Assembly (NCBI GenBank): GCA_039194325.1 | Contig: JBCCWC010000002.1 | Coordinates: 128,001-192,000 of the forward strand | Direction of reading: 5' to 3' | DNA: 64,000 nt | DNA from: Myxococcota bacterium | Lineage (GTDB): Bacteria; Myxococcota_A; Polyangia; Nannocystales; Nannocystaceae | Shown here: piece after piece, positions 38,209-49,583 of the stretch | Layout of the letters: each line of letters opens with the position of its first letter | How positions within the stretch are numbered: position 1 is the first letter of the stretch | Made by a program: the position numbers and the translations under genes | Notes under the pieces: generated by a model | What the model was told of the DNA's origin: nothing | The model's database searches: none | The model's input: only the letters and a program-made list of their open reading frames with translations

Positions 38209-38835
38209 TCAGGCCGGCGCGGGCGACCGAGTGCCCCGCGCCCGCCAGTTGCTCTCGAGCTGGCGCATCATCGCCGGGTACACGATGTAGTGCCGGAACG
38301 GGGCGATGATCCACATGTAGAGCTGGCCGAAGCGGCCGCGGTGCTTGACGTACACGGCCATGTTGGCGCGGTAGTGATCGCCCTCGGGGACCCACGACAG
38401 GTGCATCAAGGCGTGTACGGTGTCGTTGGAGATCTCGCTGAACGCCTCGCGCTCATCGCGGTAGACGGGGCGGAAGGGAAAGGGCGAGTTGCTCGGCGGG
38501 GGCAGGGGCGCACGCTCGTGCTCGGGGAGCCGGTCGCGGAGCGAGGTCTCCTCGCAGCCGGGGATCGGTAGCCGATTGGCCTCGCGATCCCAGCCAAACA
38601 CCTCGCCGAGCCACTCGCGCAGGCGAAACAGGGCCCGGGCGGCTCCCGAGCCGGCGCTCTGGGTCGGCCGGATCGCCTCGAAGGTGGCCAGGGCGTCGGA
38701 CAGCTGGTCGGGCCCGCCGACCATCGGGGTGCGCCAGACGTCGAGGAGCTCGAAATCGGGGGCGATCGCGTCGATACGCCACGTTTGGGTGCGGTGGGCT
38801 TGGGGGGAGAGCCGCAGAGGTGGTTCCATTTCCAT
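38209..38835 (-). CDS. DUF2867-family protein
   Basis: LFRLREWLG..FGWD, EISNDTVHALMHL, GQLYMWIIAPFRHYIVYP. Confidence 0.8.
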   Translation of the reverse strand: MEMEPPLRLSPQAHRTQTWRIDAIAPDFELLDVWRTPMVGGPDQLSDALATFEAIRPTQSAGSGAARALFRLREWLGEVFGWDREANRLPIPGCEETSLRDRLPEHERAPLPPPSNSPFPFRPVYRDEREAFSEISNDTVHALMHLSWVPEGDHYRANMAVYVKHRGRFGQLYMWIIAPFRHYIVYPAMMRQLESNWRARGTRSPAPA

Positions 38836-38927
38836 ACGGTTGCGTATGGAACGTAGCGCTGGGCTCGCCGCTGTCAACCTCAGTTCGACAGGCCCTTGGG
38901 GCGGTCCCGCACGGGTGGGCCGTGCGC

Positions 38928-39437
38928 TCAGCGGGTCTGGGCGTGGTCGATCAGTCGATCCAGCAGCGCATCGCACGAGCGAGCGTCCTGGCGGCAGGCG
39001 TACCGGCGCAGGCCCTCCCGTGCCAGCGCGATGGGCTCGCCCTCGCTGGCTACCAGCCAGGGGGTCACCGTCGCCTCGATCCGTTCCAGCTCCACGCGCT
39101 CCGCGGCCAGCTCGGCCGCCTTGAGGTGCTCGTAGGTGGCCTTCCAAGCCGGCTCGCCCTCGCGCTCCGCTCCGAGCGCGCGCCGCAGGGCTCGGATCTG
39201 CGTGACCCGGGCCTGGGCCGGCGCGGCGGCGTCGAGGATCGCGCTCAGGCGATCCTCGTCCACCGGCTGCCCGTACGACGCGATCCAAAGGCCCGCCAGC
39301 AGCACGTCCACATCGAGGTCGTGCTCGTCTTGCAGTCGCAGGCACACCGGCGCCACGCCCTCGCGGCCGTAGGTGCGCCCGGCAAACGCCCACAGCGTCG
39401 GGGCCGAGACGAACGCACCGGGTGCAGGCTCGGTCAC
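38928..39437 (-). CDS. TIGR02444/DUF2390-family protein
   Basis: LWAFAGRTYGREGVAPVCLRLQDEHDLDVDVLL, LKAAELAAERVE. Confidence 0.88.
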   Translation of the reverse strand: MTEPAPGAFVSAPTLWAFAGRTYGREGVAPVCLRLQDEHDLDVDVLLAGLWIASYGQPVDEDRLSAILDAAAPAQARVTQIRALRRALGAEREGEPAWKATYEHLKAAELAAERVELERIEATVTPWLVASEGEPIALAREGLRRYACRQDARSCDALLDRLIDHAQTR

Positions 39438-39535
39438 CGCACCACTATAGCTTCCTTCGAAACACGAAGACCTCGCTCACGCGCGAGGTCCTCATTTGCT
39501 GTGGGGTCGACCGTCCGCCGGACGGTGCCGCCGCT

Positions 39536-42013
39536 CTAGGCCGCGTCGTCGCTCTTTTCGCGGGCTTCGAACTCGAAGGTCAGCGAGTCTTCTTTATCGT
39601 CGAGCCCGACCTTGACCGTGCCGCCGCTCTCGAGCTTGCCAAACAGCAGCTCGTCGACCAGCTGCTCCTTGATCTTCTCGTCGATGAGCCGCGCCATGGG
39701 CCGGGCCCCGAAGAGCTTGTCGTAGCCGTGCTTGGCCACCCAGTCGCGTGCGCCGTCGGTGTAGGTGATGTGGACCTCGCGATCGACCAGCTGGAGCTCG
39801 AGCTCGCCGAGCATCTTGTCGGCCACCTTGCGGATCACTTCGGTGCCCAGCGGAGCGAACATCACCGTCTTGTCCAGGCGGTTGCGGAACTCCGGGGAGA
39901 ACGCCCGCTCGAGCGCCTTGTTGGCGTCGGTGGGCTGGACCCCGTCGTCGCCAAAGCCCACCTTGCGGGCGGTGATCTCGTGGGCCCCCGCGTTGGTCGT
40001 CATGATGATGATGACGTTGCGGAAGTCGGTCTTGCGCCCGGTGGTGTCGGTGAGCGTGGCTGCGTCCATCACCTGGAGCAGCACGGAGAAGATGTCGGGG
40101 TGGGCTTTTTCGATCTCGTCGAGCACCACCACCGAGTGGGGCTGCTTGGACACCGCGTCGGTGAGCAAGCCGCCCTGGTCGAAGCCCACATAGCCCGGAG
40201 GGGCGCCGATCAGCCGGCTGACGCTGTGCTTTTCCATGTACTCGGACATGTCGAAGCGCAAGAAGGGCACCCCGAGCAGGCGGGCGAGCTGCTTGGCCAG
40301 CTCGGTCTTGCCCACCCCGGTGGGACCGGCGAACAGGAACGAGCCGATCGGCTTGTCTTCGCGGCCCAGGCCCGCGCGGGCGCGCTTGATGGCGTGGGTG
40401 ACCGTCTTGATCGCTTCGTCTTGGCCGTAGAGCACCTCTTGGAGGCCCTCGTCGAGGCGCCCGAGCACCTTCTTGTCGTCGTGGCTGACCGACTTGGGCG
40501 GGATCCGGGCCATGCGAGCGATGACCGCCTCGACCTCGGGCACGTCGATGATGATGGGCTCGGGCGCGGGCTCGATCCCCTCGGCGTCGGCCGGGGAACC
40601 CTCTCCTGTTTTGGCGCCCGTTTTGGCGCCCGCCTCGGCGTTGGCATCGGCCTTGGCGGGTGGCCCGTCGTCGTCGACGGTGTCGTCGTCGTTGGGCTGA
40701 GCGTCGGCCACCGAGGGAGTGGGCAGGGGCAGCGGCATGTCGATCCGTGCGGCCGCCCCGACCTCGTCCATCACGTCGATCGCGCTATCGGGCAGGTGGC
40801 GGTCGCGCAGGAACTTGTGCGCCAGCTCGACCGCCGCTTGCAGGGCCTCGGGGGTGTACTTGACCAGGTGGTGCTCCTGGTAGACCTCGGCCAGGCCCTG
40901 GAGGATCAGCACCGTCTCCTCCTTGCTGGGCTCGATAATCTCGATCTTCTGGAAGCGCCGGGCCAGGGCCGCGTCGCGTTCGAAGGACGACTTGAATTCC
41001 TTATAAGTGGTGGAGCCGATGCAGCGCAGGGCGCCGGTGGACAGCGAGGGCTTGAGCATGTTGCTCGCGTCCATCGAGCCGCCCGAGGTCGCGCCCGCGC
41101 CCACCACCGTGTGGATCTCGTCGATAAAGAGGACCGCGTCGGGATCGGCCTCGATGGCGGCGATCACCGCCTTGAGCCGCTCCTCGAATTGGCCGCGGAA
41201 CTTGGTGCCGGCCAGCAGCGAGCCCATGTCGAGCGCGTAGATGTGTGCGTCCTTGATGACCGCCGGCACCTTGCTCTCGAAGATCCGCAGGGCCAGGCCC
41301 TCGACCACCGCGGTCTTGCCCACCCCCGGCTCGCCCACGAGCACGGGGTTGTTCTTGCGGCGCCGGCACAGCACCTGGATCACCCGGCGGACCTCGTTGT
41401 CGCGACCGATCAGGGGCTCGATGCGCCCCGCCTCGGCCTTGGCCGCCAGGTCGACCGCGTAGGCGGCCAGCGGATCCTCGGCCACGTCGCCGCCGTCGGC
41501 GTCCGGGTCGCGGCCCGGACCGGGGGCGCTGGCGCCACCGCCGCCGCCGCCACCGAAGGCGCGGCGGGCTCGGCCCGGTGTGCCCTTGCCGATCCCGTGG
41601 GAGATGAACAGCGTGACGTCGCGACGGGTGATCCCGTGGCTTTGCAGGATGTAGGCCGCGTTGGACTCGGGCTCGGCGAAGATCGCGACCAGCAGGTTGG
41701 CCCCGGTCACCTCGCGCTTGCCCGCGCCTTGCACGTGGAGCACCGCCCGCTGGAGCACGCGCCCCACGCCGATCGTCTGGTGGGTGGTGAGCTCCTCGTC
41801 CTCGGGGACCTCGCTCATGTTCTCCTCGAGGAACTCCTCCAGATCGGTGCGCACCGCGTCGATGTCGGCGCCGCAGCCCGAGAGCACCTTGCCCGCGCTG
41901 TCGTCGTCGAGCAGCGCTAGCAGCAGGTGCTCGAGGGTGAGGTACTCGTGGCGCCGCCGCTGAGTGTCCTCGATCGCGTTGTTGATCGTCGCCTTGAGCT
42001 CTTCACTCAGCAT
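39536..42013 (-). CDS. clpA: ATP-dependent Clp protease ATP-binding subunit ClpA
   Basis: [11 protein letters not shown]-domain, two AAA modules ([16 protein letters not shown]), [12 protein letters not shown]; overlaps clpS. Confidence 0.97.
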   Translation of the reverse strand: MLSEELKATINNAIEDTQRRRHEYLTLEHLLLALLDDDSAGKVLSGCGADIDAVRTDLEEFLEENMSEVPEDEELTTHQTIGVGRVLQRAVLHVQGAGKREVTGANLLVAIFAEPESNAAYILQSHGITRRDVTLFISHGIGKGTPGRARRAFGGGGGGGASAPGPGRDPDADGGDVAEDPLAAYAVDLAAKAEAGRIEPLIGRDNEVRRVIQVLCRRRKNNPVLVGEPGVGKTAVVEGLALRIFESKVPAVIKDAHIYALDMGSLLAGTKFRGQFEERLKAVIAAIEADPDAVLFIDEIHTVVGAGATSGGSMDASNMLKPSLSTGALRCIGSTTYKEFKSSFERDAALARRFQKIEIIEPSKEETVLILQGLAEVYQEHHLVKYTPEALQAAVELAHKFLRDRHLPDSAIDVMDEVGAAARIDMPLPLPTPSVADAQPNDDDTVDDDGPPAKADANAEAGAKTGAKTGEGSPADAEGIEPAPEPIIIDVPEVEAVIARMARIPPKSVSHDDKKVLGRLDEGLQEVLYGQDEAIKTVTHAIKRARAGLGREDKPIGSFLFAGPTGVGKTELAKQLARLLGVPFLRFDMSEYMEKHSVSRLIGAPPGYVGFDQGGLLTDAVSKQPHSVVVLDEIEKAHPDIFSVLLQVMDAATLTDTTGRKTDFRNVIIIMTTNAGAHEITARKVGFGDDGVQPTDANKALERAFSPEFRNRLDKTVMFAPLGTEVIRKVADKMLGELELQLVDREVHITYTDGARDWVAKHGYDKLFGARPMARLIDEKIKEQLVDELLFGKLESGGTVKVGLDDKEDSLTFEFEAREKSDDAA

Positions 42014-42347
42014 CTTCACCGTCGTCTTCCGGCTCCATCGAGGCCATCAGGGGGTGATCGTTCTTGCGCGCGAGCAGGTGAACCTGCGCAACCTTGGTCT
42101 CGGCGATCTCGTGGGTGTAGATGCCGGCCACGCCCGAGCCATGGTTGTGGACATGCAGCATGATGCGGGTAGCCTCCGACTCGCTACGATGGAAGACCGT
42201 CTCCAGCAGCCGCACGACGAAATCCATTGGGGTGTAGTCGTCGTTGTGGAGCACCACGCGGAACATGCGCGGCCGCTTGAGCTTCTTCTCCTGGCGCTCC
42301 CTGAGCGCCACCCCGCCTTGTGGATCTTCCTTGTTTCGCTCGCTCAC
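42003..42347 (-). CDS. clpS: Clp protease adaptor ClpS
   Basis: VVLHNDDYTPMDFVV, IMLHVH..G.GVAG, EIAETK. Confidence 0.98.
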   Translation of the reverse strand: MSERNKEDPQGGVALRERQEKKLKRPRMFRVVLHNDDYTPMDFVVRLLETVFHRSESEATRIMLHVHNHGSGVAGIYTHEIAETKVAQVHLLARKNDHPLMASMEPEDDGEDAE

Positions 42348-42479
42348 GGGCGCATTGTCTACCTTGGCGCGAGTCTAGCAGGCAGGCCTTCGCTTGCCCC
42401 CCGCCCGAACGGGTAGGAGCCTCCCGAGGCGGCCAGGGTTTGCACCCGCCCCAACGCGCTGTAGAAGGAGGGCATACCG

Positions 42480-43796
42480 GTGCGCCTCCACACTCGTATC
42501 GTTCCCGATCTAGAGGGCGTAGATCCCGCAGACTGGGATGCCCTCGACCACGGTCCGAGTCCGTTCACGGAGTACGGGTTTCTACGAGCCCTGGAGCGCT
42601 CGGGTTCGGTCGGTCCGGGTACGGGCTGGGAGCCGCGTTACGTGCTGATCGAGCGAGCGCCTCCGTTGGGCGATCGCGAGCATAGCGCTCCGGGCGCGAA
42701 CGGCTTGCTGGGTGCGGTCGCCTGCTACCGCAAGACGCACAGCTACGGCGAGTACATCTTCGATTTTGCGTGGGCGCGGGCCAGCATGCGGGCGGGCCTG
42801 CCCTACTACCCCAAGCTCGTGGTAGCCGCTCCGGTGACCCCGGCCACCGGGCGTCGTCTGCTCGTCGCGCCGGGGCTGCCGCCCGAAGAGCACGAGGCGG
42901 TCATCGAGGCGCTGCTGGTCGGGGTGCGCGACGTGGCCGACGACCTCGAGTGTGGCTCGGTCCACTGGCTATTTTGCAGCGCCGACGAGCACGGGCGCCT
43001 GGCCGAGGCCGACTTTTGCCCGCGGGCGAGCTTCCAGTTCCACTGGCACAACCGGGGGTATGCCGACTTCGATGCCTTCCTTGCCACGCTCGCCTCGCGC
43101 AAGCGCAAGCAGATCCGCAAGGAGCGGCGCCGAGCGCTGGAGTCCGTGGATGGCCCCGTGCGGTTCGTGCCGGCGGCCGACTGGAGCCGCCAGGAGATCG
43201 CCAAGCTCGAGGCCTTCTATCGTCGCACCTGCTACATGCATGGCAACGAGGGGTACCTGACGCCCGAGTTCTTCGAGCTGATGCCCACCATGCTGCCGCA
43301 GCGGGCTCGCTTTGCGCAGGTGCGTCAAGACGGCGAGACGGTGGCCGGGGCGCTCTACTTTCAGACCGAGCACGCGCTCTACGGTCGCTACTGGGGGTGT
43401 CGTTGCGAGATCCCCTTCTTGCACTTCGAGGTGGCCTACTACGCGGGGATCGAGCACTGCATCCGCGAGGGGCTGGCGCTGTTCGAGGCGGGGGCGCAGG
43501 GCGAGCACAAGCTGCTGCGGGGGTTTTTGCCCGCCAAGACCCACAGCAACCACTGGATGCGACACCCCGGGCTGCGCGAGGGCGTCGAGCGGTTCTTGCG
43601 GGGGGAGGCGATGGAGCTTACGGGCTATATGGAGCAGCTCGGTCGTTTCAGCCCGTATCGCAAGGGTGACGACGGTTCGCCGCTGCCGCTGCCGAAGGTG
43701 GGCGTGTGCGAGGTGGGCGAGGCCGGCGAGCAGGCCGCGGCCGAGGGCGACGATGCGCTTGATGATGCGCTTGATGGTGCGCTCGATGTTTGTTGA
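42480..43796 (+). CDS. FemAB-like GNAT protein (DUF482 family)
   Basis: KTHSYGEYIFD.AW, YYPKL...P.TPATG, LYGRYWG, LHFEVAYY, FEAGAQGEHKL.RGF. Confidence 0.92.
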   Translation: MRLHTRIVPDLEGVDPADWDALDHGPSPFTEYGFLRALERSGSVGPGTGWEPRYVLIERAPPLGDREHSAPGANGLLGAVACYRKTHSYGEYIFDFAWARASMRAGLPYYPKLVVAAPVTPATGRRLLVAPGLPPEEHEAVIEALLVGVRDVADDLECGSVHWLFCSADEHGRLAEADFCPRASFQFHWHNRGYADFDAFLATLASRKRKQIRKERRRALESVDGPVRFVPAADWSRQEIAKLEAFYRRTCYMHGNEGYLTPEFFELMPTMLPQRARFAQVRQDGETVAGALYFQTEHALYGRYWGCRCEIPFLHFEVAYYAGIEHCIREGLALFEAGAQGEHKLLRGFLPAKTHSNHWMRHPGLREGVERFLRGEAMELTGYMEQLGRFSPYRKGDDGSPLPLPKVGVCEVGEAGEQAAAEGDDALDDALDGALDVC

Positions 43797-44012
43797 GCTG
43801 CATCGACTCACAGCTCGATATCCAGATCATCATCACCACTTATTCCGCACGGTGGGGGATGCGGTGCGCGTCGTTGTTCGACGCTCCACTGGTGAGGCCC
43901 ATCACGATCCGTAAAAAACATTCACCCGATCGCGAGTGCTCGAGCCTCCGGTAGGCAGCGCTCCTCGCTCCGGCCACCGATGGTCGGGCGAGCGACGAGC
44001 GCTCGTTCGACC

Positions 44013-45134
44013 ATGGCCCACGACCCACTCGATCCCTGGCCCCGTCCTGTGTCCGCGCTGCTGAGCCTCGCCGTCCTCGCCCTCGCGTGTGGCGTGCCCG
44101 AGCCCGACGGCTCGAGCCCCATCCGCGACGAGCCCGAGTCCGGGTCCGGTGGGCCCGCCGACGATGAGGGGTCTACGGAGGCCGGGGCTTCCACCGATCG
44201 GCCGGAGGACGGCACCACCGATGGCGGGTCGCAGGACGAGACCGGGAGCGACGAGACCGGCCCCGGCAGCGGTCCGATCACCGAGGACGCGCGCAACTAC
44301 ATCTTCGGGCACAGCTTGATCCTCCACGCTCCCGAGGCCAACGTACCTCGCTGGCTACACGCGCTGTCCCAGCAGGCCGGATACGGCTACGGGATGAGCG
44401 GGCAGTACGGGTTCGCCGACACCCACGCCGCCGATCTGCCCCCCGATCCACAGTGGGGCATCGAGGGGGTGACCTCGCTGTGGGACGACGACGACGGGCA
44501 GGCGTTCGAGGACGTCGACTTCAACGTCGTGCTGTTCACCGAGGCGAATTTCCGCCAGTACTACCCGCCCACCGAGCCCGATCCCGACGGCATCCTGCCC
44601 GAGTCCTCCGTGCAGAGCACGACGACGGTGTTCGACTGGGTCGAGGCGGCCGAGCCGGGCGTTCGCTACGTGCTGTACGAGAACTGGCCAGATATGAGTG
44701 CGTTCACGAGCGCCGACTTCGGCGCCACGTTCCCCACCGAGGACGAGCTGTCGGCCTACTACGCGTACACCTCGGGCGAGTTCCACCAGTGGTGGCTCGA
44801 CTACCACGACGCCATGATGGAGGTTCGCCCGGGCCTCGACGTGCGCATGATCCCGGTGGGGCCGATCGTGGTGGAACTGCTGGGCTCGATCCTGAGCGAC
44901 GTGCCCCCCGAGGTCCTCTACGAGGACGACGCCCCCCACGGGCGACCCACGCTCTACTTCCTCGCGGGGCTCGTCACCTACATGGGCATGTACGGGGTCG
45001 AGGCCCCGAGTGACTTCGTCGTGCCCGAGTCGATCGACGCGCGGGTGGCAGAGCGCTACGGCGAGATCGTGGCGGACATCTGGGCGCAGCTGCAGCAATT
45101 CGACGACGGCGACGGCCGCAGCCGGGTGTTCTGA
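44013..45134 (+). CDS. Lipoprotein with SGNH-hydrolase-like domain
   Basis: Lipobox ALAC, acidic linker, IFGHSL, TEANF, YEDDAPHG. Confidence 0.7.
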   Translation: MAHDPLDPWPRPVSALLSLAVLALACGVPEPDGSSPIRDEPESGSGGPADDEGSTEAGASTDRPEDGTTDGGSQDETGSDETGPGSGPITEDARNYIFGHSLILHAPEANVPRWLHALSQQAGYGYGMSGQYGFADTHAADLPPDPQWGIEGVTSLWDDDDGQAFEDVDFNVVLFTEANFRQYYPPTEPDPDGILPESSVQSTTTVFDWVEAAEPGVRYVLYENWPDMSAFTSADFGATFPTEDELSAYYAYTSGEFHQWWLDYHDAMMEVRPGLDVRMIPVGPIVVELLGSILSDVPPEVLYEDDAPHGRPTLYFLAGLVTYMGMYGVEAPSDFVVPESIDARVAERYGEIVADIWAQLQQFDDGDGRSRVF

Positions 45135-45328
45135 GCTGAGGGGCTCCGCGGACCGCCGGGGTATCGCCGAGGTACCGTGTCGTCGCTGTGGGCGCGAGCG
45201 TCTACGCGGATAGGCGATACGAGCTTCGAATTCGGCGGTGACCCTAACTATTCGGTCGTTGGCCCCAGGGCCTGCTTTGTGCTTTGCGGATTACGTGATT
45301 ACCGGGAGCCTCCGAGGCCGGTGGCTCT

Positions 45329-45741
45329 TCATCGAGCTACGCGAGCGCACGGGGCAGGCGATCGAGCACCTCCTTGATCACCCCCGAGTCGATGCATAAG
45401 CATTCGATCGTATCCAGCGCCCGAGACTCCTCTCCGGCGCGTCGCGTATATATCGTGATTCGGTATTCGGTAGAGCGACTGGCTGTAGTCGATCCACGCC
45501 AATTCTACCATGAGCGTGGGCTCCGCGGCGTCCTCGACCACGTCGACCCGGTGCACCTTCTCAAGGGCCGCGACGCTGTCCTCCCTCAGGAACCTCACGG
45601 TCTCCTCCGCGTACTGAGCCTATTGCGACTTGAGCAGGGCGGCATAGTCGACCTCAAGCGTGACCTGCTGCTGCCGGGCCGCATAACCAGGAGCCGGAGC
45701 AGCCATCAGATCAGAGCCATCGCGAGCACGTACGAGTTCAT
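45329..45741 (-). pseudogene. Decayed secreted-protein gene
   Basis: MNSYVLAMAL / frameshift / LMAAPAPGY..LEVDYAALLKSQ* AQYAEETVRFLREDSVAALEK..; one frameshift and one in-frame stop. Confidence 0.5.
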
Positions 45742-46059
45742 AGGGTTTCCCTGGCGAACTGGTGGGCGCAGTGGGTGATCAAGCGTTTGGCCTCAGGAGC
45801 GGTGGGCACCTTGCCGAGCGTCACGCACTCATCGTACCGCGCAAGTTCGGAGAGCGCTCTTACCCGCAGTCGGGCGCGAGCATTAGGATCGCCCCAGCAG
45901 GTTGCCGAGCGGGTGAGCTTGGCGACTTTGGTCCAGTGCCGAGCCTCACGGGCTTTGAGCGCCTGGGCGCGGAAGTCCTCACATGGCGCTGCGCTTTGCG
46001 GCTCGGGCGATGGTCGTGGGCGGGTGCGCCTATGCGATCGCAGACGTGCTGAACGTCGT

Positions 46060-46175
46060 CGTAGGCACTGCCGGGGTCGGTCTGTCCTCGCTCGATGTCG
46101 TCACAGGCGCGGCCGGGGTCGGCTTGCCCTTGCTCGTGGTCGCAGGTACGGTCGGGGTCGGCTTGCCCTCGCTGA
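46060..46175. repeat. Three imperfect 39-42 bp direct repeats (minus strand SEGKPTPTVPATT-like)
   Basis: Recurring GGGGTCGG[C/T] cores. Confidence 0.7.
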
Positions 46176-46348
46176 AATGATAATAATTGCATACGTTACC
46201 GATTAGTCGGTGAGGGTTGAACCGTTTCTCGTACGCATCATTATCAGGTTGTTCGCTGTTGCAATCTGGAAAGAGCTCAAAAGAGTCAAGTTGCAGTTTT
46301 AGAATTTCTTGTAAAAAAGCATATGCAGTTCTTTTGGTGTCAGGCCGA

Positions 46349-47905
46349 TTAGTTGATTTTTTTCCCGAGTATTGAAAGAAGTTCCTTGATGATCTCTGAG
46401 TTCTGACTCGCCGTTTCGTGGAGCATTGTCATAGGCATCTTGCTGGCGTGAGCTTGCTTGTTTGTAAACTCTTCCACAATCCGATTCGTCGCTTCATCTC
46501 CAGATGCCGCGAGTAGAGCGACACAGAACCGCCTGACCTCAACCTCGCGCTCTACTAGTGCATCTCTTCGTTGCCGCGCGTTACCGTATAGACCCGCAGC
46601 ATATCTCAGCAGTGCAAGGAAAAATGATGCCACAATGAGCCCGACCAGGGCCCGTTTGATTAGTTCCGGCACTTTGGATTCACTTGGAGCATCAAGACTC
46701 TTACGAATGTCGGGGATAAGGGAGTCGATTGCAGCGATTTGACGAGATACCCTGCTCTGAGACTCCGAGAATGCATCTGTCCATTTTCTGACTTTCGACT
46801 CCGTTTCCGAATAAGCAGTTGTGTACTCATTTTCTAATGGTGCGAAATTCGGGTGTTCTGGATGAACTGCGAGACGCTCAAACTCCAGTGCAAGAATTTG
46901 AACGTCATTAGCAGAAGATTCGAACCGAGTATCAATGGTCTTCAGTTCATCTTTGATCTCTTCATGTAGGGACAGATGTTCTTGCGTTGGGTGAGTTTCG
47001 AGGAGTTTTCTGATCGAAGCCTTAATCTCGTCAGCGTCTTTCCTCCGGAGCAGAGATGGCTGGATTTTTAGAAGACCGTCGGCGAGATCTTCTGATGTCT
47101 CTTGAAGTTGAGCTGTCTTGCGACCAATTCCTGCACCGTCGTCATTTACCAATATGTAGCCATAGTAGCTAATGACGATAGAAAATATGAGGCCCACGAC
47201 AATCGTAATGCCGAGAAATCGGCCTGCGTCCTTCTCGGCTCGCTCGTGAGCATTGTTGAGGCGCCCGAGAATATAAGGGACATGAGAGAGAGCCGCGTCC
47301 TCCGGTCGGGACGATCGCGGTAATGTATCGCGAAGTACCCGCAAAAAATGGTGGGACGAAATGATCCTGTCGGTTGCGATGCGGAGAGCTATTGGTTCGG
47401 GCAGAACATGTTCCCCGTCAGAAATCTGTTCGTATTCTCCCTTTGCCCTCCATTTTCGAAATCCCCAAAAACTGACCAGAGCAACGTTGACGACCAAAAT
47501 TTCTCGAACGAAATAGAAAGGGCTAGACAATAGCCCACCTAGTGCTTGGCGGCCGAAGTCGCCTGAACCTACGGTTGGGGAGAATAGCAGGTTGACAATG
47601 CCCCATACGCTTGCTGCCAACGAACCGAGTATCGAGAATTGTACGATGGGCCGCCGTAAAAACGGCGCTCCTCGATCTTGCGGCTTTTCCGGAACTGGCG
47701 TTCTGGATGAACTCTCGTTGCTAGGAGGAGGTCGTCTGCTTCCTCCTTGGGCTCCGCCGAGGAGATCAGGGTGCATGTGTTGTGGATTTTTTGGCGGTGT
47801 GTTTGGCTGTGACTCGCTAGTAGGTGGACTTACGTTGTTAGATAAGGCCACGCTTTCTGTGGTTTTTTTGGCGATTGCATCGGGGTTGGTGTTGTGGTCG
47901 CTCAT
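46349..47905 (-). CDS. Low-GC membrane protein with coiled-coil region (hypothetical)
   Basis: 518 aa ORF, about 4 TMs, helical central region, atypical codon usage. Confidence 0.8.
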   Translation of the reverse strand: MSDHNTNPDAIAKKTTESVALSNNVSPPTSESQPNTPPKNPQHMHPDLLGGAQGGSRRPPPSNESSSRTPVPEKPQDRGAPFLRRPIVQFSILGSLAASVWGIVNLLFSPTVGSGDFGRQALGGLLSSPFYFVREILVVNVALVSFWGFRKWRAKGEYEQISDGEHVLPEPIALRIATDRIISSHHFLRVLRDTLPRSSRPEDAALSHVPYILGRLNNAHERAEKDAGRFLGITIVVGLIFSIVISYYGYILVNDDGAGIGRKTAQLQETSEDLADGLLKIQPSLLRRKDADEIKASIRKLLETHPTQEHLSLHEEIKDELKTIDTRFESSANDVQILALEFERLAVHPEHPNFAPLENEYTTAYSETESKVRKWTDAFSESQSRVSRQIAAIDSLIPDIRKSLDAPSESKVPELIKRALVGLIVASFFLALLRYAAGLYGNARQRRDALVEREVEVRRFCVALLAASGDEATNRIVEEFTNKQAHASKMPMTMLHETASQNSEIIKELLSILGKKIN

Positions 47906-48023
47906 CGGTTTTTCCTACTAAGTGTATTGTACACCTAAGCAGCGTCTCTTGGAGTTCTCAGTGCCGTGCACAGTCGCTTGCTTGCGTAGAAGGATACCTC
48001 GGAGTCGGTTCGCGGACTCCTTT

Positions 48024-48190
48024 CTCGCCCTCGGGCCTCGCCGACATCAAGAAGCCGCCGGCCCGCCCCCGTTCGCCCTCGGACCTCGCCGACAGCTCCG
48101 CTCGCTCTCATGCCTCGCTCATCTCTGCGCCCTCCCCCGTTCACCCTCGGGCCTCGCCGACAGCAAGCAGCCCGCGGGCCCGACCCCGTT
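48024..48190. repeat. Three copies of a ~25 bp GC-rich motif (TC[G/A]CCCTCGG[G/A]CCTCGCCGACA)
   Basis: Copies near 48024, 48073 and 48141. Confidence 0.75.
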
Positions 48191-48899
48191 GACGGTTCCG
48201 GACAGCCGGATTGTCAACGCAAAGTAGACATGTCGTGTAGCTGCGGTCGTTGTAGCTCGCCAACCGGTCGGTGAGTAGCAGACCGTTCGAGTGGTCGCCA
48301 GGGCGGACTCGTAACCTGTAGAGCGCGATATACTTAGGAGCGGGTCGATGCTATGCGTAATTTGCGCTTTTTGGACTGACATGCTCGCATGATGCAGGAA
48401 TAGGCCCCATGAGCGACGCTTCTATAGAAGAAAAACAGTATTTGTGTAGGGTAATGATCGGCCACGATGAACCCTCTCACCCGTGATGCCAGCTCTGGTC
48501 GGTTGCGACCTGGAGGTGCCTAGTGCGACTTGACGCAAATGTTCTTACATACATGATTGGTGGATCACCATGACTGCCTGGAACGACCTGTCACAGCACC
48601 AGTTCCGACTGGCATCAACATAGTTCTCATCACCATCTCCTTAAGCAGTCAGTGAATATGAAGTTCCAGACCAGACTCGGAGTATCAAGCATATAGCTAT
48701 ATCTGGACGGATGCATTGGCAATGTACAAATTTGAAAATGACTGTGACGGGCTATTAGCACGAAATCGTGAGTGCAATAGTCATGCCTGACACTCCTTCA
48801 GCCAAGGCATAAGCGTTAGAAAGGGAACCCCTGACGTACAGCATGCCGTTGACACACAGCGTACGACATTTGTCCGATAATCACGCAAAACTGTATAGT

Positions 48900-49583
48900 A
48901 AGATGCGGAATAGGCGCGGTTTGGGCGTGGGTAGTTCTTGGCCTACCCCATTCTGCGCCACCTGGTCGACAGCCGCCAACGGTGGCGCCCCATCGATCGC
49001 GAGTGGTAGTTCTTCGAGACACCGTGGCGTCCCAAGAGTTGGTCGACCAAGCGTCGGCTCATCTTCGTTCACCGTCGTCGTTCCGTCCGTCACAAGGGTC
49101 GGCTGCAGCTGGACCTGTTCGAGTCCATCGAGCACGAATACGAGTACAAGGTCATCGTCACGAACAAGACCGTCTCGGCCGCCACCGTCATCAAGTTCTT
49201 CAATGAGCGTGGCCTCCAGGAGAAGACCTACGGGGATGCCAAGCAGTTCGCTCCCCTGCAAGCGGCGCGCGGCCGATCAGCTCTACCTGGTATGCTCCAT
49301 GCTCGCGCACAACCTCAGCCGTGAGCTCCAGATGCGAACAGCACCCAAGCGACGAGGCACCAAACCCATCGGCCCCGCGATCTTTGAGCTTGAGACCCTC
49401 GGCACGATTCGCGACCGTCTACTCCGACGCGCGGATCGGTTGACCAATCCCTAGCGTGGCCTCAGGCTGACCGTCGGAGTCACCAGCACCGCTCGCGAGG
49501 ATTCGAGCACCTGTTCGAGCACCTTCAGGCTGCGTAGCCGACACGGCGTTGCAGCCTATACGGGGGGTCGTGCAACGCTGAGG
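48900..49583 (+). mobile_element. IS1380-family transposase remnant (3' part, degraded)
   Basis: Fragments across frames: QLDLFE..YEYKVIVTNK..FFNERGLQE and QLYL...LAHNLSRELQM..FELETLGTIRDRLLRRADRLTNP*; possible right end GTGCAACGCTGAGG. Confidence 0.75.

Noticed and set aside
39422..41920. 832-aa + strand ORF (likewise 11990-13804, 25403-26596 and other long overlapping ORFs)
   Set aside because: Antisense or alternate-frame shadows typical of high-GC DNA; the overlapping frame carries the recognisable motifs
45860..46192. 110-aa ORF with GQADP..CD repeats as a RiPP precursor
   Set aside because: The repeats read equally well as Pro/Thr linker in another frame; no RBS or adjacent maturase
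48024..48190. Possible mini-CRISPR
   Set aside because: Spacing irregular, intervening sequences partly similar to each other, no cas genes
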